Position numbers and translations under genes: made by a program
Shown here: one piece after another, positions 12,526 to 23,882 of the stretch
Layout: each line of letters begins with the position of its first letter
Numbering within the stretch: position 1 is the first letter of the stretch
Notes under the pieces: model-generated
Database searches by the model: none
Told to the model about the DNA's origin: nothing
Seen by the model: only the letters and a program-made list of their open reading frames with translations
Assembly: GCA_965645245.1 (NCBI GenBank)
Contig: OZ287083.1
Location: 186,001-250,000, forward strand
Reading direction: 5' to 3'
From: Massalongia carnosa
Taxonomy: Eukaryota
Length of the DNA: 64,000 bases

Positions 12526-13208
12526 CTAGGTCTTGGCAACGCATAATCCTGCGCTGCAAATTTGGTTGGCCGTGCAACATGAGCTTCCGTCAATATTGAC
12601 ACATTCGGTTTCGCCCGCTTGGCAGGTATTCGGCTCAGGTATTTTATTCACACATTGTTGATTACCACAGGTTTGGTCCTTGCTGCAGCAAAGCAAGCCG
12701 GTGCTGGTATGACAGACTACAGCATCGGCTGCACAGAAAGTGTTGTCCACGCAAAGGCCATTGCTGCAGATCTCGCTAGTCGTGCAACAGTCCGAGCCAT
12801 CGATGTTGTTACATACGGTAGTGTTTTCTTCGCAGGTATTCGGCTCCGGAACCTTGGGATTACATTGGTTGTTTCCGCAGGTTTGGTCCTCGGCGCAGCA
12901 TAAGAGGCCACTCTTGGACTGGCAGACCACGGCCGAGGGAACGATGCAGGGGTTTTTGACAGGAGGTTGTTTGGGGAAGCATTTGCCCACAATGCATCTC
13001 TCATTCTTGGAACAGCAAGTATCGTGATGATGCTTGCTTTTACAAAGGCGCTCCCCGCGATCGCAAACTGGAAGGCGGGTCAGTATAGCTATCTGTCGAA
13101 AAGACGCGCAGTTCAACGCGTGGACATACCTTGGTAACCCAAGCCTGCGACCTGAAGAATGATGAGACTAAACAGGGCGAAGAGGAGAAGGGTATTGGTG
13201 CGTGCCAT
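12526..13208 (-). CDS. Secreted cysteine-rich repeat protein (~206 aa, 30 Cys in five C-C-CC-C-C modules)
   Basis: Signal peptide MARTNTLLLFALFSLIILQVAG. Intron 13068-13129 (GTATGT...CTGAC...CAG) joins in frame to VCDRGERLCK... Confidence 0.85.
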
Positions 13209-13799
13209 GACGTGGAAAATGAGATTTCCAAAAGGTCTAAAGTCTCTGAACGCCCTGATATGGAGAATCAGAAAAGGCGGTTGATGGCAAAGGAGAATAT
13301 CCAGTACTTGATGCTAACGATTGTGGTTAAGGAAGAGGAATAGCACTGAATCTGAATTGAGAGGCCCCATGGCCACAGTATTTATATTGAGAGCCATAAC
13401 CCCCGGCTTCAACAACGTTGCTTGCTGGGGCCATCCTGTTGCTACATGCTGTTGCACCTCGTATTGAAATCGCTGCAAAAAGATCCATCCCAGGATGGAC
13501 TCCTAGATGGCTCCATTTCCGATCAGATACGAGGTTTCCTTTTGAAATATTGTCTACTAAGTCAGCTGCTGCCTTAATATTCCTTGGCTTCACTCTCCTG
13601 CACGCCCAATACGACTCGAGGCGGGAGAGAACAGGCGACGAGCTTGGGGCTGATATTCATTGATCCTGCCAGTGATGGTCCATACCGGTGAGCACTGATG
13701 CGTTGTGGAGTTTAAAATTGGCATGGCGTTGAGAGCATGAGTTATAAGTAGATTGACAAGTAGGATATGTCGAGATGATTGGTGTGTGTTGTTGGGGTC

Positions 13800-13915
13800 G
13801 ACTATGTACGGAGTACTCTGTACTCTGTATGGAGACTGTACTCTGTACGGTCTACTCTGTACTGTGGTACAGAATACCAAGTATAACTTATGTACGAAGA
13901 CTCGGTAAAGTACAG
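13800..13915. repeat. Cluster of TACGGAGTA / GTACTCTG(TA) motifs
   Basis: tacggagtactctgtactctgtatggagactgtactctgtacggtctactctgtactg. More copies at ~13996 and 14068. Confidence 0.6.
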
Positions 13916-14003
13916 TGGCGTGAGTGGTTGCGTATTTCAATACCGGCAGCTTGGCAGATTTCACTACAGATACAAGTACAGATACAACATCAACACTCCG
14001 TAG

Positions 14004-16510
14004 TTAACCCTCGTGTTTACCTTGCGACCCCACTTGCAACACACTAATGACTTAGCAGGTCTGCCACTACTCCGTATAGTTCGATGAATCTCTGATTAGC
14101 AAATCTGATTATTAAGCTGTATAGTCAGCCCGTGAACCCGAAGGGGCTTAGCTGGACACGTCTGAGGTGCTGAGGTCTTGTACAAGAGAAAGTATGCAAA
14201 TGGGGGTTGAATCGCGCCCGAATCCCATGGTTTTTTGGTACCGTCCATCTAGTCCCGAGCATCAGCGGCATGCTTTTTGATGATGCATATGCGGTCCATG
14301 TAGCACTCTGAGACTGTCGGACGCATCTAGTCCCGCTTTCTAGCTTTTTCATCGTCCCCCTTGAAGCAAAAGGAAAGCAAGAAACCATCTTGTCAGCTAT
14401 ATTGCCTAAAACAATGCGAATTGCATCTTTTGGCACCTCCTTCTGCTTCGGCGGCTGGATGAGATGCTGAGAAACGGCTGGGCTTCTCTACTCCGAGAGG
14501 AAGTACTTCGCACCTCAACCGGATCCTTCCAATTGATGCGCACACTCCTCCTTCGGAATGCTATCCTCTCCTCAGGCATAGGATCATCATCTGCGGGGCA
14601 GAAACATGCAAACCTTCTTAATGATGTATGATGGGGCTCTCTCGACTGGAAAGGGACGTCTCGTCCTTTGTTTCCTTGTTATTAGCATTTTATTCATACT
14701 AGTTCCACCATCAAGATTCCACCGTGTATCATACATCTCCTATTCTCACCTGAAACCTGGAATAGCTTCCAAGCATCATTATGCAGCCTTCTTCTTTAAC
14801 ATTCTTACTGTATATCGCCCACAGCCAGTACCCAGGCACAAAATGTTACATCGAGTAGTGAGGCTGTAGATTTAGCTTCTGCTACTCCAACGTTAAGCCT
14901 CGGGGATCCCAAGAACATTTTATCGCTTGATTCTATTTCCGAGGTCAGGATTCAAGCTGTTTCCTTCCTCTTTATTGCTCTATATCTTATCCACATGACA
15001 ATGCCGGCATTAGCGTCGTCCCACGGCTAAGGAACTAACCCGACGCATCTAGCAAGCATGCAGTAACGACAGCGCCGGCGCCGGCGCCGGTGCCTTTTGT
15101 TGACTACGGCTATCCCTTCGTCTGGCAATTTGGCAGCCATTTAGGTAATATTCAATTTTACACGCGCCGTCTCCGGGTAATGACTAATAACTTTAATCTG
15201 GCCAATCAGATTTTCCCTTTTCAACGATAATGGGTACAACACCTCAATCACCCCTCATGATCTATGTAAAATTTCCCAACATGCCTCCTTTTTGCAACAT
15301 GGTCCACAGCTCTTACATTGCCATCTGGTCTGACTTGCACCTCGTCTTTTGGTGCAATTTTCATCAATTTCCGCAAGTGGTCGGCGTCGTTTGAGTCTTG
15401 GCACTTGCCTTTTGCAGGCCAAACAATAGTCCTTCTTATTCAAATGCTCCCATTTGCAAGTTGACTCGACGTCTTTATTAACGTCTTGATTAGTAGTAAC
15501 TATGACATCTGTCGGACGTTTCCGTAGGGCACCGGCTTGATTGGATAGTAGGGCATTTACTATTTCTTTTTGAAAGTCCAAATGGCTGAGTGTTGAATTC
15601 GGATACAGAATTCTCCACAATTTGAAGGCAATTAGAACGGCTGCATCCAGAAGAAAGATGAAAATTGACCACCAGTAGTCACGATCAGATCTTTGAGGTG
15701 AATAATATGCTCTTTGCTGAGCATTCCCATCTGACCCGCCCATGTGCTGGTTATATTCCACGATGGGCATGGGAAATGGAAGCTTTTCTTCTTCATCACC
15801 AACGATGACTCTGGAATTTGCAGGAATTCCATGACGTCGACGGGAATTCTTGTAGAAAGAAGTCTTCAAATCCTCAATTGTATGAACCGTGGTCATGAAT
15901 TGCACGGTGTTTAAATCCACCCATGCCATACACAGAATGTCCCCGTCATCAATGTTTGATTTTTTACTTTTATTTGCAGGTACCGTCATTAATGCCTTCT
16001 TTCCCCAGTCCTTATTCTTGGTGGCTGCAACCCTCAGACGTAGAAGATCAACAGGAAAACCGCATCCTGATTTAGCCGTCCCACAGGCACCAATTCCAAT
16101 GGTTTCAGAGCTTTGAATAGCTTCGTATTTGTGAAGAAGTTGTCCAGAAAGATGACGTATTTCAAGCCTTCATCAGACGGTAAACTTCGAGCCAGTTGAA
16201 TGACGACTAGGGAGGAAGGAGACAAATCCCATTTGGTTGTCGGAAATTTCAATTGTCCAGGCGTTTTTAACTCACTAATTTTGGACACCTGTCTTGCAAT
16301 TAGTACGATGCAAATTGAGGCCTTTTCTACTCACCTTGAAGGTAAATAAGAAGTCAAAAAGATAATTTTCCTGACATAAACTATAGATTTTGAAGCCTAC
16401 CCCAGCCGCCTTGGTGGCTATTTGCATAGTATGGCAGCTCCTACCCCTGAATAAAATCAATTGCTCGTCAACTGACACATGACTTCCAGGAATCCAGTAT
16501 TTCTTTGATG
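14004..16510 (-). mobile_element. Truncated piggyBac-family DNA transposon
   Basis: Transposase remnant at 15255-16510. A candidate terminus TTAA-CCCTCGTG lies at 14004. No matching opposite TIR was found, so the left boundary is tentative. Confidence 0.6.
15255..16510 (-). pseudogene. piggyBac transposase (DDE_Tnp_1_7-type), N-terminally truncated and frameshifted
   Basis: YWIPGSHVSVDEQLILFRGR, GFKIYSLC, FLDNFFT, IGACGT, PIVEYNQHMGGSD, YWWSIFIFLLD and a C-terminal Cys-rich domain. Intron 16289-16334; frameshift near 16100. Confidence 0.88.
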
Positions 16511-16593
16511 TTTACCTTCTTATTTACAAAAAAAGGGGAGAATGTTTTGAAGTTCGCGACTCAGCCCTACGGTATCTCACTAAGCCTATTTAA

Positions 16594-17285
16594 GGTGGCT
16601 GCCAAATTGCCAGACGAAGGGATAACCTCCCCTCCACTCGTTGCGCCTGCGGCCCCACCTTCCGCGGCGTTACAGCCGAATGTGAAGCAACTTGCAACAA
16701 GTCCGACTCCCACAGTACGTGCCTTTTCACTCCACTCCTCCGGAAGCCGCTGTGCCTCTCTTCCAGCCAATGAGTGCTAACCCATCCCCCTCACCCTTTC
16801 CGTAGAGACCAAAATCCTCGCCGAACAGCTTAGTGGGGAATTCTACTGTGAGAACGTCACGTTCAGCTCCATCGTTTCTGCCGCCCTGGCCACCGCCATT
16901 GTGGCCGCGGCGGCCTCGAAAGATCCTACCGTCATCCAGGACTACCCTCTCTGCGCGGCATGCTCCCTTCCTGTCCCGGACATCAAAGGAATGGGTGACA
17001 GCCGACGGACTCCTGCGCTCGCGTGAACCCAGCAATCATGCAGCTATAAATACCTCGCCGCCTCCGGATGTAGCACCGTCAGCTTCGCCAACCACAGCTG
17101 CGTCTGCAGCAACCCCAATCTCGCCCACAACCTCAGACGGTGCGAATACACAAGCTCCATCTACACACCGTCCCCATCTCAATCTCCATTCGTGGGTGAA
17201 GCGCCTGCCAGGCTCATGAGCGGAGCTCGGCGTGTGTGCGATAGTCCTGGCGAGCAACGTGGGGTTTCTAGTTTTGGGCTTGTGA
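16594..17285 (+). pseudogene. Tandem CFEM-domain protein remnant, 5' end missing
   Basis: Intron 16715-16805 (GTACGT..GCTAAC..TAG) and intron 16958-17032 (GC..AG) give ...RCACGPTFRGVTAECEATCNKSDSHKTKILAEQL... and DYPLCA|QSCSYKYLAASGCSTVSFANHSCVCSNPNLAHNLRRCEY. The latter fits the CFEM spacing PxCAxxC-x-C-x-CxC-x-C. Confidence 0.7.
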
Positions 17286-18651
17286 GAGGATAGGAACTCG
17301 TTATGATTTTTTCTCCTGCGCACGATAGAGAAAGCAAAATGAGTTGGGTGAGGGGAAGGGGATCGGTGAATGGGCAAGGCTAGTTTGCTCTAACTATGTA
17401 ATGTTTATCCCATCATTCCGCATATATAATATGTATTTATCTAGATGGTAAAGGACCGCTAACTCGATAAACATTCGCTTTTCTCTCTCTTTCCTTTCAT
17501 TTCCTTCTTTTATTTCTCCGATTTCCCCCTTCCTTCCTTGCCCTTCCTGCCCCCCCCCCCCAACTCTTTTAGTTTCATCGATTTCTTTCCAAACTCCTGC
17601 CTCCGTTTCTCTAGACTCGTTTCCTCGGGCACCTATCTATCATCGATATCTCTTCCTCTATTCCCCGTTTTCATCAAAAATTAAAAGTTAAAATAAAAAC
17701 AAAAACAAAGATTCGAAGTAGGAGAAAGAAGATGATGATGATGATGTAGGAATGTTGAAGAAAGTGAAGATTAAAAGGATAAGTTGGTTTACGGGGCGGG
17801 GAAGAAGAAAAAAAACCAATCCCCCAAAGTATAAAACTCCAGTTTCCCTCCGCCTGTTTACGTCACTTTTTTTACATCCTCACCTACCTGCCTGCTTCGC
17901 TACTTCGCTACATTCTTACCTACTTACATCCCTATCTGCTATGCTTGCTAACATCCCACCCCCGGCCTTTCTTCTCTTCTCCCCTTCTTCTCTCGAACCC
18001 GAACCCGAACCCAAACCCAAACTTCCGAGATCAGTAAACCGAGGTACTTTTCTCGTCTCGGCTCGACTTGACTGTTCGTGGAAGGGGGGGGGGGGGGGGG
18101 GGGTTACTTTAATGGTCTTACGTGGAAAGTGACACATATACATGAGTCAGCTTGTTCTTTATTTGGGGGGGGGGGTAAGGCCGTAAGTAGGTAGGTAGGT
18201 AGATAGGTAGCAAGCAAGCAGAAAAGGAAGGAATAACAACAGCTGCGTTCTTTCGTTCGTTCAATTATTCAATCGCAACTCTTTTCCCCCACCCTCTTCC
18301 GCTACCATCTAGGTAGCTGATGTAGCTGCTGCAGATACATACTGGGACTGGTATAGGAACCGGAAGAGAAGAGAAAGAGAAGAGAAAGAGAAGAGAAAGA
18401 TAGGCAACAAACAAAAGTTACATTCGTAAATACATATCACATGATACAGCGATACCTTTACAAGGAAAGGAAAAAAAGCAACCTGGGCGCCCAGCCAAGA
18501 CTTGGTGGAAAACACTCAGTGTTTTGCGCTTTTTGAAGTTTAGGGAGAGAAAATTACTAAAAAAAAAGAGAGAGGGAATCGCCTTTTTGTTTTGGCCCCC
18601 CTCTGCCCTGCCCGTTCTTCAGCATATGCCCCTTCGCCTCCTTTCCAGGGG

Positions 18652-19709
18652 TCAGTATGCCGGATCATCGTACGTGCACATTTGGTTCTGGGTGGCAGGC
18701 TGACGCACCCTCGCGGGTACGACGCTCCTAGTTTCGGCGAGTTTCTCGCACTCCTTGCCATTCCCATCCTGGGCGGGTTGCAAAAGGCACCACAGTTAAC
18801 AACAATATAAACCCCCAACAAGTAGCAAGTCTTGCGAGCTCGGAGAGGAAGGGCAAAGAAGCATAGATGGAAAGGTTGGCGCAAGACTTACTATCATGAC
18901 TTTGCAGCACATGCGGTTTGAAGGTTGACAGTAGTGATTGGTTCCGAGATCTGTGCGAAGTGCGAGGCATGATTGTCAGCAAATCCGCTTGGAATGCGTT
19001 TTCTCCCCTGAAACGTTTATTTTCTTTGGTAGGCTGCTAGAAAACGAAGACACGTACATCGCGTACAGCCACTCGCAGTGCCTTCTGGAGTAGGCCCGTC
19101 TTGGCAACAGTATGCCTCTTTTTCCAGTTCCCCACAGCGGGCCTTAAACGTAGGATCGAAAGTTATATGTGCAATCTGGCCAAATTGTGTAAGTGGCGGA
19201 GAAAACTGAGCATCCGTCGAACCAAGCGTGCTGCTGTCGCCTAGACTGTCGTCGGATTGGATGTTCTTAGACCGTTTGCAGGCTATCGGAGTAGCTGCAT
19301 CGATGAAACTGTTGGCCTGAACAGCGCTATCCTGCCCATTGACGGTTGAAATATCCCCCCCCTGAGCAACGCCACCTAAAACATCGCCCAACGGAGTATT
19401 CGCGACCTCGCCGGGGGCAGCCAGATCGTTTGAAGCTACTTCGGTTAGAAGTCGAAATATAACTAGCCTCTGAAGCTACTAACCGACAAGTAGTGGGCCG
19501 TTCTGGTTGTTTGAAACTGCGGCCACGCCTGGATTGTATGGGGTGCTGGCGTCCGTGTCAGAGTTGGTAAAGAAGTTGTTTCCCACGTTGACAGGAGTAG
19601 TGCCTCCATCACCCCAGGTTAATGGGTCAAGCTGAGGTTCTGGTGTTGGAGCGGTGCTACCAGGCACCCCGGATAAAGCTGTAATGATGAATAGAGTGTA
19701 AATATACAT
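18652..19709 (-). CDS. Secreted protein (259 aa) with a low-complexity N-terminal region and a C-terminal hydrophobin-pattern 8-Cys domain
   Basis: Exons 19709-19484, 19435-19058, 18950-18892 and 18768-18652 sum to 780 nt with no internal stop. Signal MYIYTLFIITALSGVPGSTA; Cys spacing C-x8-CC-x12-C-x9-C-x6-CC-x10-C. Confidence 0.8.
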
Positions 19710-21337
19710 GACTGGAAGAGATCAGAAGGGGAGCAGGCCTATTTACTGCTCTCGGTGCGAAGATTAAAGCTAAGTCCACGGAAGAAAAGAAACGGAATGG
19801 AGATGATCGATGATTATATAACATCGTGTGTTTACTGGTGGTGAACTCGTGCTGAACGACACGAGGCACATGATTATCATGTCCGACGTACAACAACAAA
19901 AATATAACGTAAACCAGTAAACCATTGCTTACTTGTGGAAGACGACATGTTTCAAAACTAAACATCCTTTTAGGCGTTCGCTTTTGCTCCGAGAGCGACA
20001 TCGTGAAGAACCACATGGGTCGAAAACCCTGAAGATGGCTGCGCTGCATAGACCAGTTAGCACCACATAAAATTACTCCTCCCACTGCTATAGCGATCGA
20101 ATTTCATTTGGCTTCCTCGGCATTTGGGCTTGGGTGCAATTGCTCCTGCAGGAAATAGCACCGAAGTGCACTTGCGGATGGTGCGGAATATCACGACTAA
20201 GGATCTAACCGATGCAGTGCCTCGTCAAGGCTCCGATCAAGATTCCAACGATGCGGCCCATCATCAATGTCCGAGAAACGTACTCAATAATTCGCGCAAT
20301 CTGGACTGCTTCTCAAGCACTCTTACACCTTTGGTACTTACTTTTTGCACGGGTGACTGTTTTGTCAACACAAATAGCTGCCGCCTTAACTCGGAAGTAT
20401 TCGAAAAGGCTGCCATACAGTCAGCTCGTGTCTTCAGTGTGTGCCTATTCGAAAGAAATCCTAGTCAGGGAACCTCTTCCAGCTTAAAGGAGAGCCAACA
20501 TCCAGCTCTCAGGATGATGGAGAGTATTCAACTGTTGTCTCCTAACAATACCCCACAGATCGATAGACCCGACTATAATCTAGCTTCTGAAGGCGTAAGA
20601 GCGCCGGAGCGAAAACTTTCAGTTCCCCGTCTAAATATCTTTAAGATACCTTTACGCATAAGTCCCATCTCAAATGGTCTTTACCGAGCCCTTTCAAGCG
20701 ATTGCCCGCTCGCTTACTGTTTCACGTTAAGCTAGGGATAGGAGAAGCATTTGTGTTGTGATGCTTCCAAATGCGCTGCTTCTATAGATGTTTGGCATAC
20801 TTACCTAAGACGGCACGACCCATGACAGCGGAGATGGCGCTGGGACATCGGATCAACGCATCCATCCGTACAGGTGGCTGGCCACATGGACAATAATCCC
20901 ACGGAGATGGCCTGGCCCAACTAAAAAGCTGTCAGAGTCATGAGGTCAGTGAGCACCGGGAAACACTCACACGCCGAGTTGTAGCCGTCAACGAACGGCT
21001 TAGTAGACACTGCAACTCGCGTCATGCTGTTCGGTTCCCCCTCATCTGTCAAGGAAGTTTTAATTCACATCCTTTTCAATTGGGATGATGCCTTTTGCAT
21101 GATTGAATGTAGGCTGAAAGGAGGTTTGAGATTGGGGGAAATGTGAAACCAGGAACTATGGAACCTGGTAGCAGAACGATGACTGCCGATTCATTTCATT
21201 AAACTAAAATCTTCGCTCTATGACCAAGAGGAAACAAGCTGGGGCGATCATGCCTTGTAAGAGTGCAGCTCTTCTAGATGCCTATTTTCCACTGCCCGAG
21301 GTGTGCAGCAGGCATATTCCGCTGCGTACTCACGACA

Positions 21338-23517
21338 TCAGATGTCTTCCATATCCTCATGAGAAATGAAGTAAATCCCCGTTGCGGTATCATTTGTAGA
21401 ATTTGTTTGCACAACCTTACCTCCCTTCAAATAACCATTCTCGACCACTCCACCACCAGGCACTGGATTTCGGTATAACGCATTGGCTCCGCTTAAGACC
21501 GTGAAATTGGCCAGACTAATTTCGTTTGGGTTTCGGTTGACAATTGTTGGCATTCCAAAGTAGCTCGCGTTGGCCGAGCTATGGCTAATGTGTAGCTCGA
21601 AGTACCCACGATAATACAGCTCAGACCACTGTAGCTCGCGGTTTGATTTTACGAGATAGCTACTGGCATTGTTGGCTGCTGCAATAGAAATATTCTGGCC
21701 GTATGGGCTGGGACTCGAAACTGCAGTTCCGGCGAATTCGACACCAATACTACCCTTACCGGTACTAGGATCGTACTCGTGAGCATCTAGCCACACAAGA
21801 TCAGAGACCCAGTTTGCATGCGAGTCTCCTGAGATAACAATGTTGTTGCCGATGTTATGTTCATACAGCGTTTGGAAAGTTCGGTTCCGGTTGGACTGAT
21901 AGCCGTCCCAGGCATCATAGTCAAGTGGGTTAACATTCCCATATGCAATAGATTCGTTAAGACGGGAAAAGACAGTTTGGGATCCAATCACTCTCCATGT
22001 CGCTCCACGCTGAGAGGATTCAATCAGCTGATTGTAAAACCAGTTCTCCTGTCGACTTCCCATCAGAGACCGCGAAGCATCGTCCGAGATGGCGTGAACG
22101 TAGTCGGTGTTCCAGTAAAGGTCCGTGATTGATCTATCATAATGACGAGTGTCGAGCATAATAAGATCAAGAAGCGAGCCTATGGAGAAGCTTCTCCATA
22201 TTCGAAGATTGTCGTCCATTTCAACTTGGCTGAGCTAGTTAGCATGAATTTCATATCATGGGCATAATCCACGTACCGAATGGGCATCCATTCAAAATAC
22301 GCACGAACTCAAACATGGTAAGCCTTTGACGAAGGTATGCATTTTGATCAGATGTTTACCTGCATTCATCTTTCGTTGATCAACACTAACGCCGCCATCT
22401 TCTATAAAAGAGGCCTCTGTGTTATTGAGCTTGGAGGAGCCATCTCGGTAGGTGTTATCTGGAACATCGTAAATAAAAATTTCTATGGTACGCTTCTGGT
22501 AAAGATTGTACCGGCGACCTCGTGATCATCCCACACAGGTATCCATGCATAGTTTCCATGGCTCAGCAAGAGGTCCAAGTCCGTTCGATAAGTAGCATGC
22601 CTCTTACGGTAATCATACAGAGTGTAAATCGTTCGGTCTGGCAGCGGAATCCGCCCTTTTTGGAAACACGAGGGTTAGAGACCAGGGGGTATAGAAAGAC
22701 GTGAAGCCTTCTACAGTACCTATACTTTGGCCCCAACCGTATTCACCGTTAGGGTATTCGTAAAGATAGTCTCCCAAGTGGAGCACGTAATCGACTGACT
22801 CTTTCCGTACAGGGTTTCCGTATGCGTTGAAGAAACCGAAGGGAAAGTTGCTGCAGGAATAGACCGCAAGGCTAATCTTCGCAAGCAAATCATGAGGATC
22901 CGGCGTCGTTTTCGTACGACCAATCGGGCTTTTGAGATCCGAGCCACAAACTGTGAACTGATAGAAGTATTGAGTATAAGGACGGAGCTTCTGTGCTTCG
23001 ATCTATCGAGAAAGCTCAGGTTAGCTTCATGCTGCCGAAACTCCTGAGGGTGCGTCCTTGCCTTGAGAGTATAATCCACATCTGAGCTAGTGTAAGCGGT
23101 GCCCGAGTCGACAACATTCGTCAAAGCTTTGTCATTTGCGACCTTGTAATTCAGGCACACGGGCGCCTTCGAAGCTGGAGGGGGTTTCTCCACGGCCTGG
23201 TTGTGAACGGGTACAGGATTGAAGAGCGGGACGACTCCTGTGACGGTCGAGTTGTCATTGACATCATCCACAATCGGCGCACACCTTGTCCAGAGGATCA
23301 CCGAGGTAGGATAAGGGTCCCCGGATGCAACGCCATGGGTAAAGTTCAACTTGTTAGCTGGCTGAGGAGGCGCACCAGCATGGCGCTTGTTCACTCGATG
23401 AATCGAGACTCCAAGCCCGGGGTGATTGTGAGACGGAGATCTGTAATTCAGGTTGTTGGCCCACGAGGCAGCAGCAACCCCTACAAGCGCAGCAACAGTC
23501 AGAACGTTCAGCATCAT
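21338..23517 (-). CDS. phoD: Secreted PhoD-family alkaline phosphatase
   Basis: Signal peptide; FTHGVASGDP, VYSCSNF, HLGDYLYEY, WDDHEV, RAYFEWMPIR, LDTRHY, DAWDGY, SGDSHANW. Five introns, the first (23003-23061) GC-AG. Confidence 0.95.
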
Positions 23518-23850
23518 GACAGATGGATGAAGACTTTGATCGTGCGAGAAGCAAACTTTCGAAGTACCTTGGCAGACACATGCATCATTTTATAGATTTC
23601 TCGCCCGTGGATCTTGGGTTTCTTGGAACCAGAGCCAATCTTTTGGAAGGGCAGGATCCACCAGACCTGATGCAATTGTAGAATAGGCATTGAAGCCTTG
23701 TAGCCTCCTTCTGGGCCAATGTACTTCGTCGAACCGAACATGCACGGGGGGCAACTTGTTCTTTTCTCCCATCAAGCAAGACCCATTGATGTCATGAATG
23801 TTCCTTAGGGAGTATGGGGCGGGCAGAAACGAATGTCAAATCCAAAGGTT

Positions 23851-23882
23851 AGGGAACGTGCTGAGGGTACGCTTCGCACGTG
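23851..23882. promoter_or_regulatory. Paired Pho4/NUC-1/PalcA-type sites upstream of phoD
   Basis: AGGGAACGTGC at 23851-23861 and CACGTG at 23877-23882, about 340-360 nt upstream of the ATG. Confidence 0.55.

Noticed and set aside
16505..17377. Several overlapping ORF-track ORFs
   Set aside because: GC-rich shadow frames of the CFEM relic.
17380..18560. ORFs in poly-G, AAG and GTAG low-complexity DNA (also 10100-10520 and 37530-37560)
   Set aside because: Microsatellite or homopolymer sequence with no coding signal.
20124..20735. 203-aa + strand ORF with a TTG start
   Set aside because: No motif, signal peptide or supporting splice structure; cannot be supported as a gene.
22664..22677. 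14-nt inverted match (AAACACGAGGGTTA) to the candidate piggyBac end at 14005-14018
   Set aside because: It lies in a phoD intron overlapping the CTAAC branch site, lacks a full TTAA, and phoD is intact across it. Probably chance.
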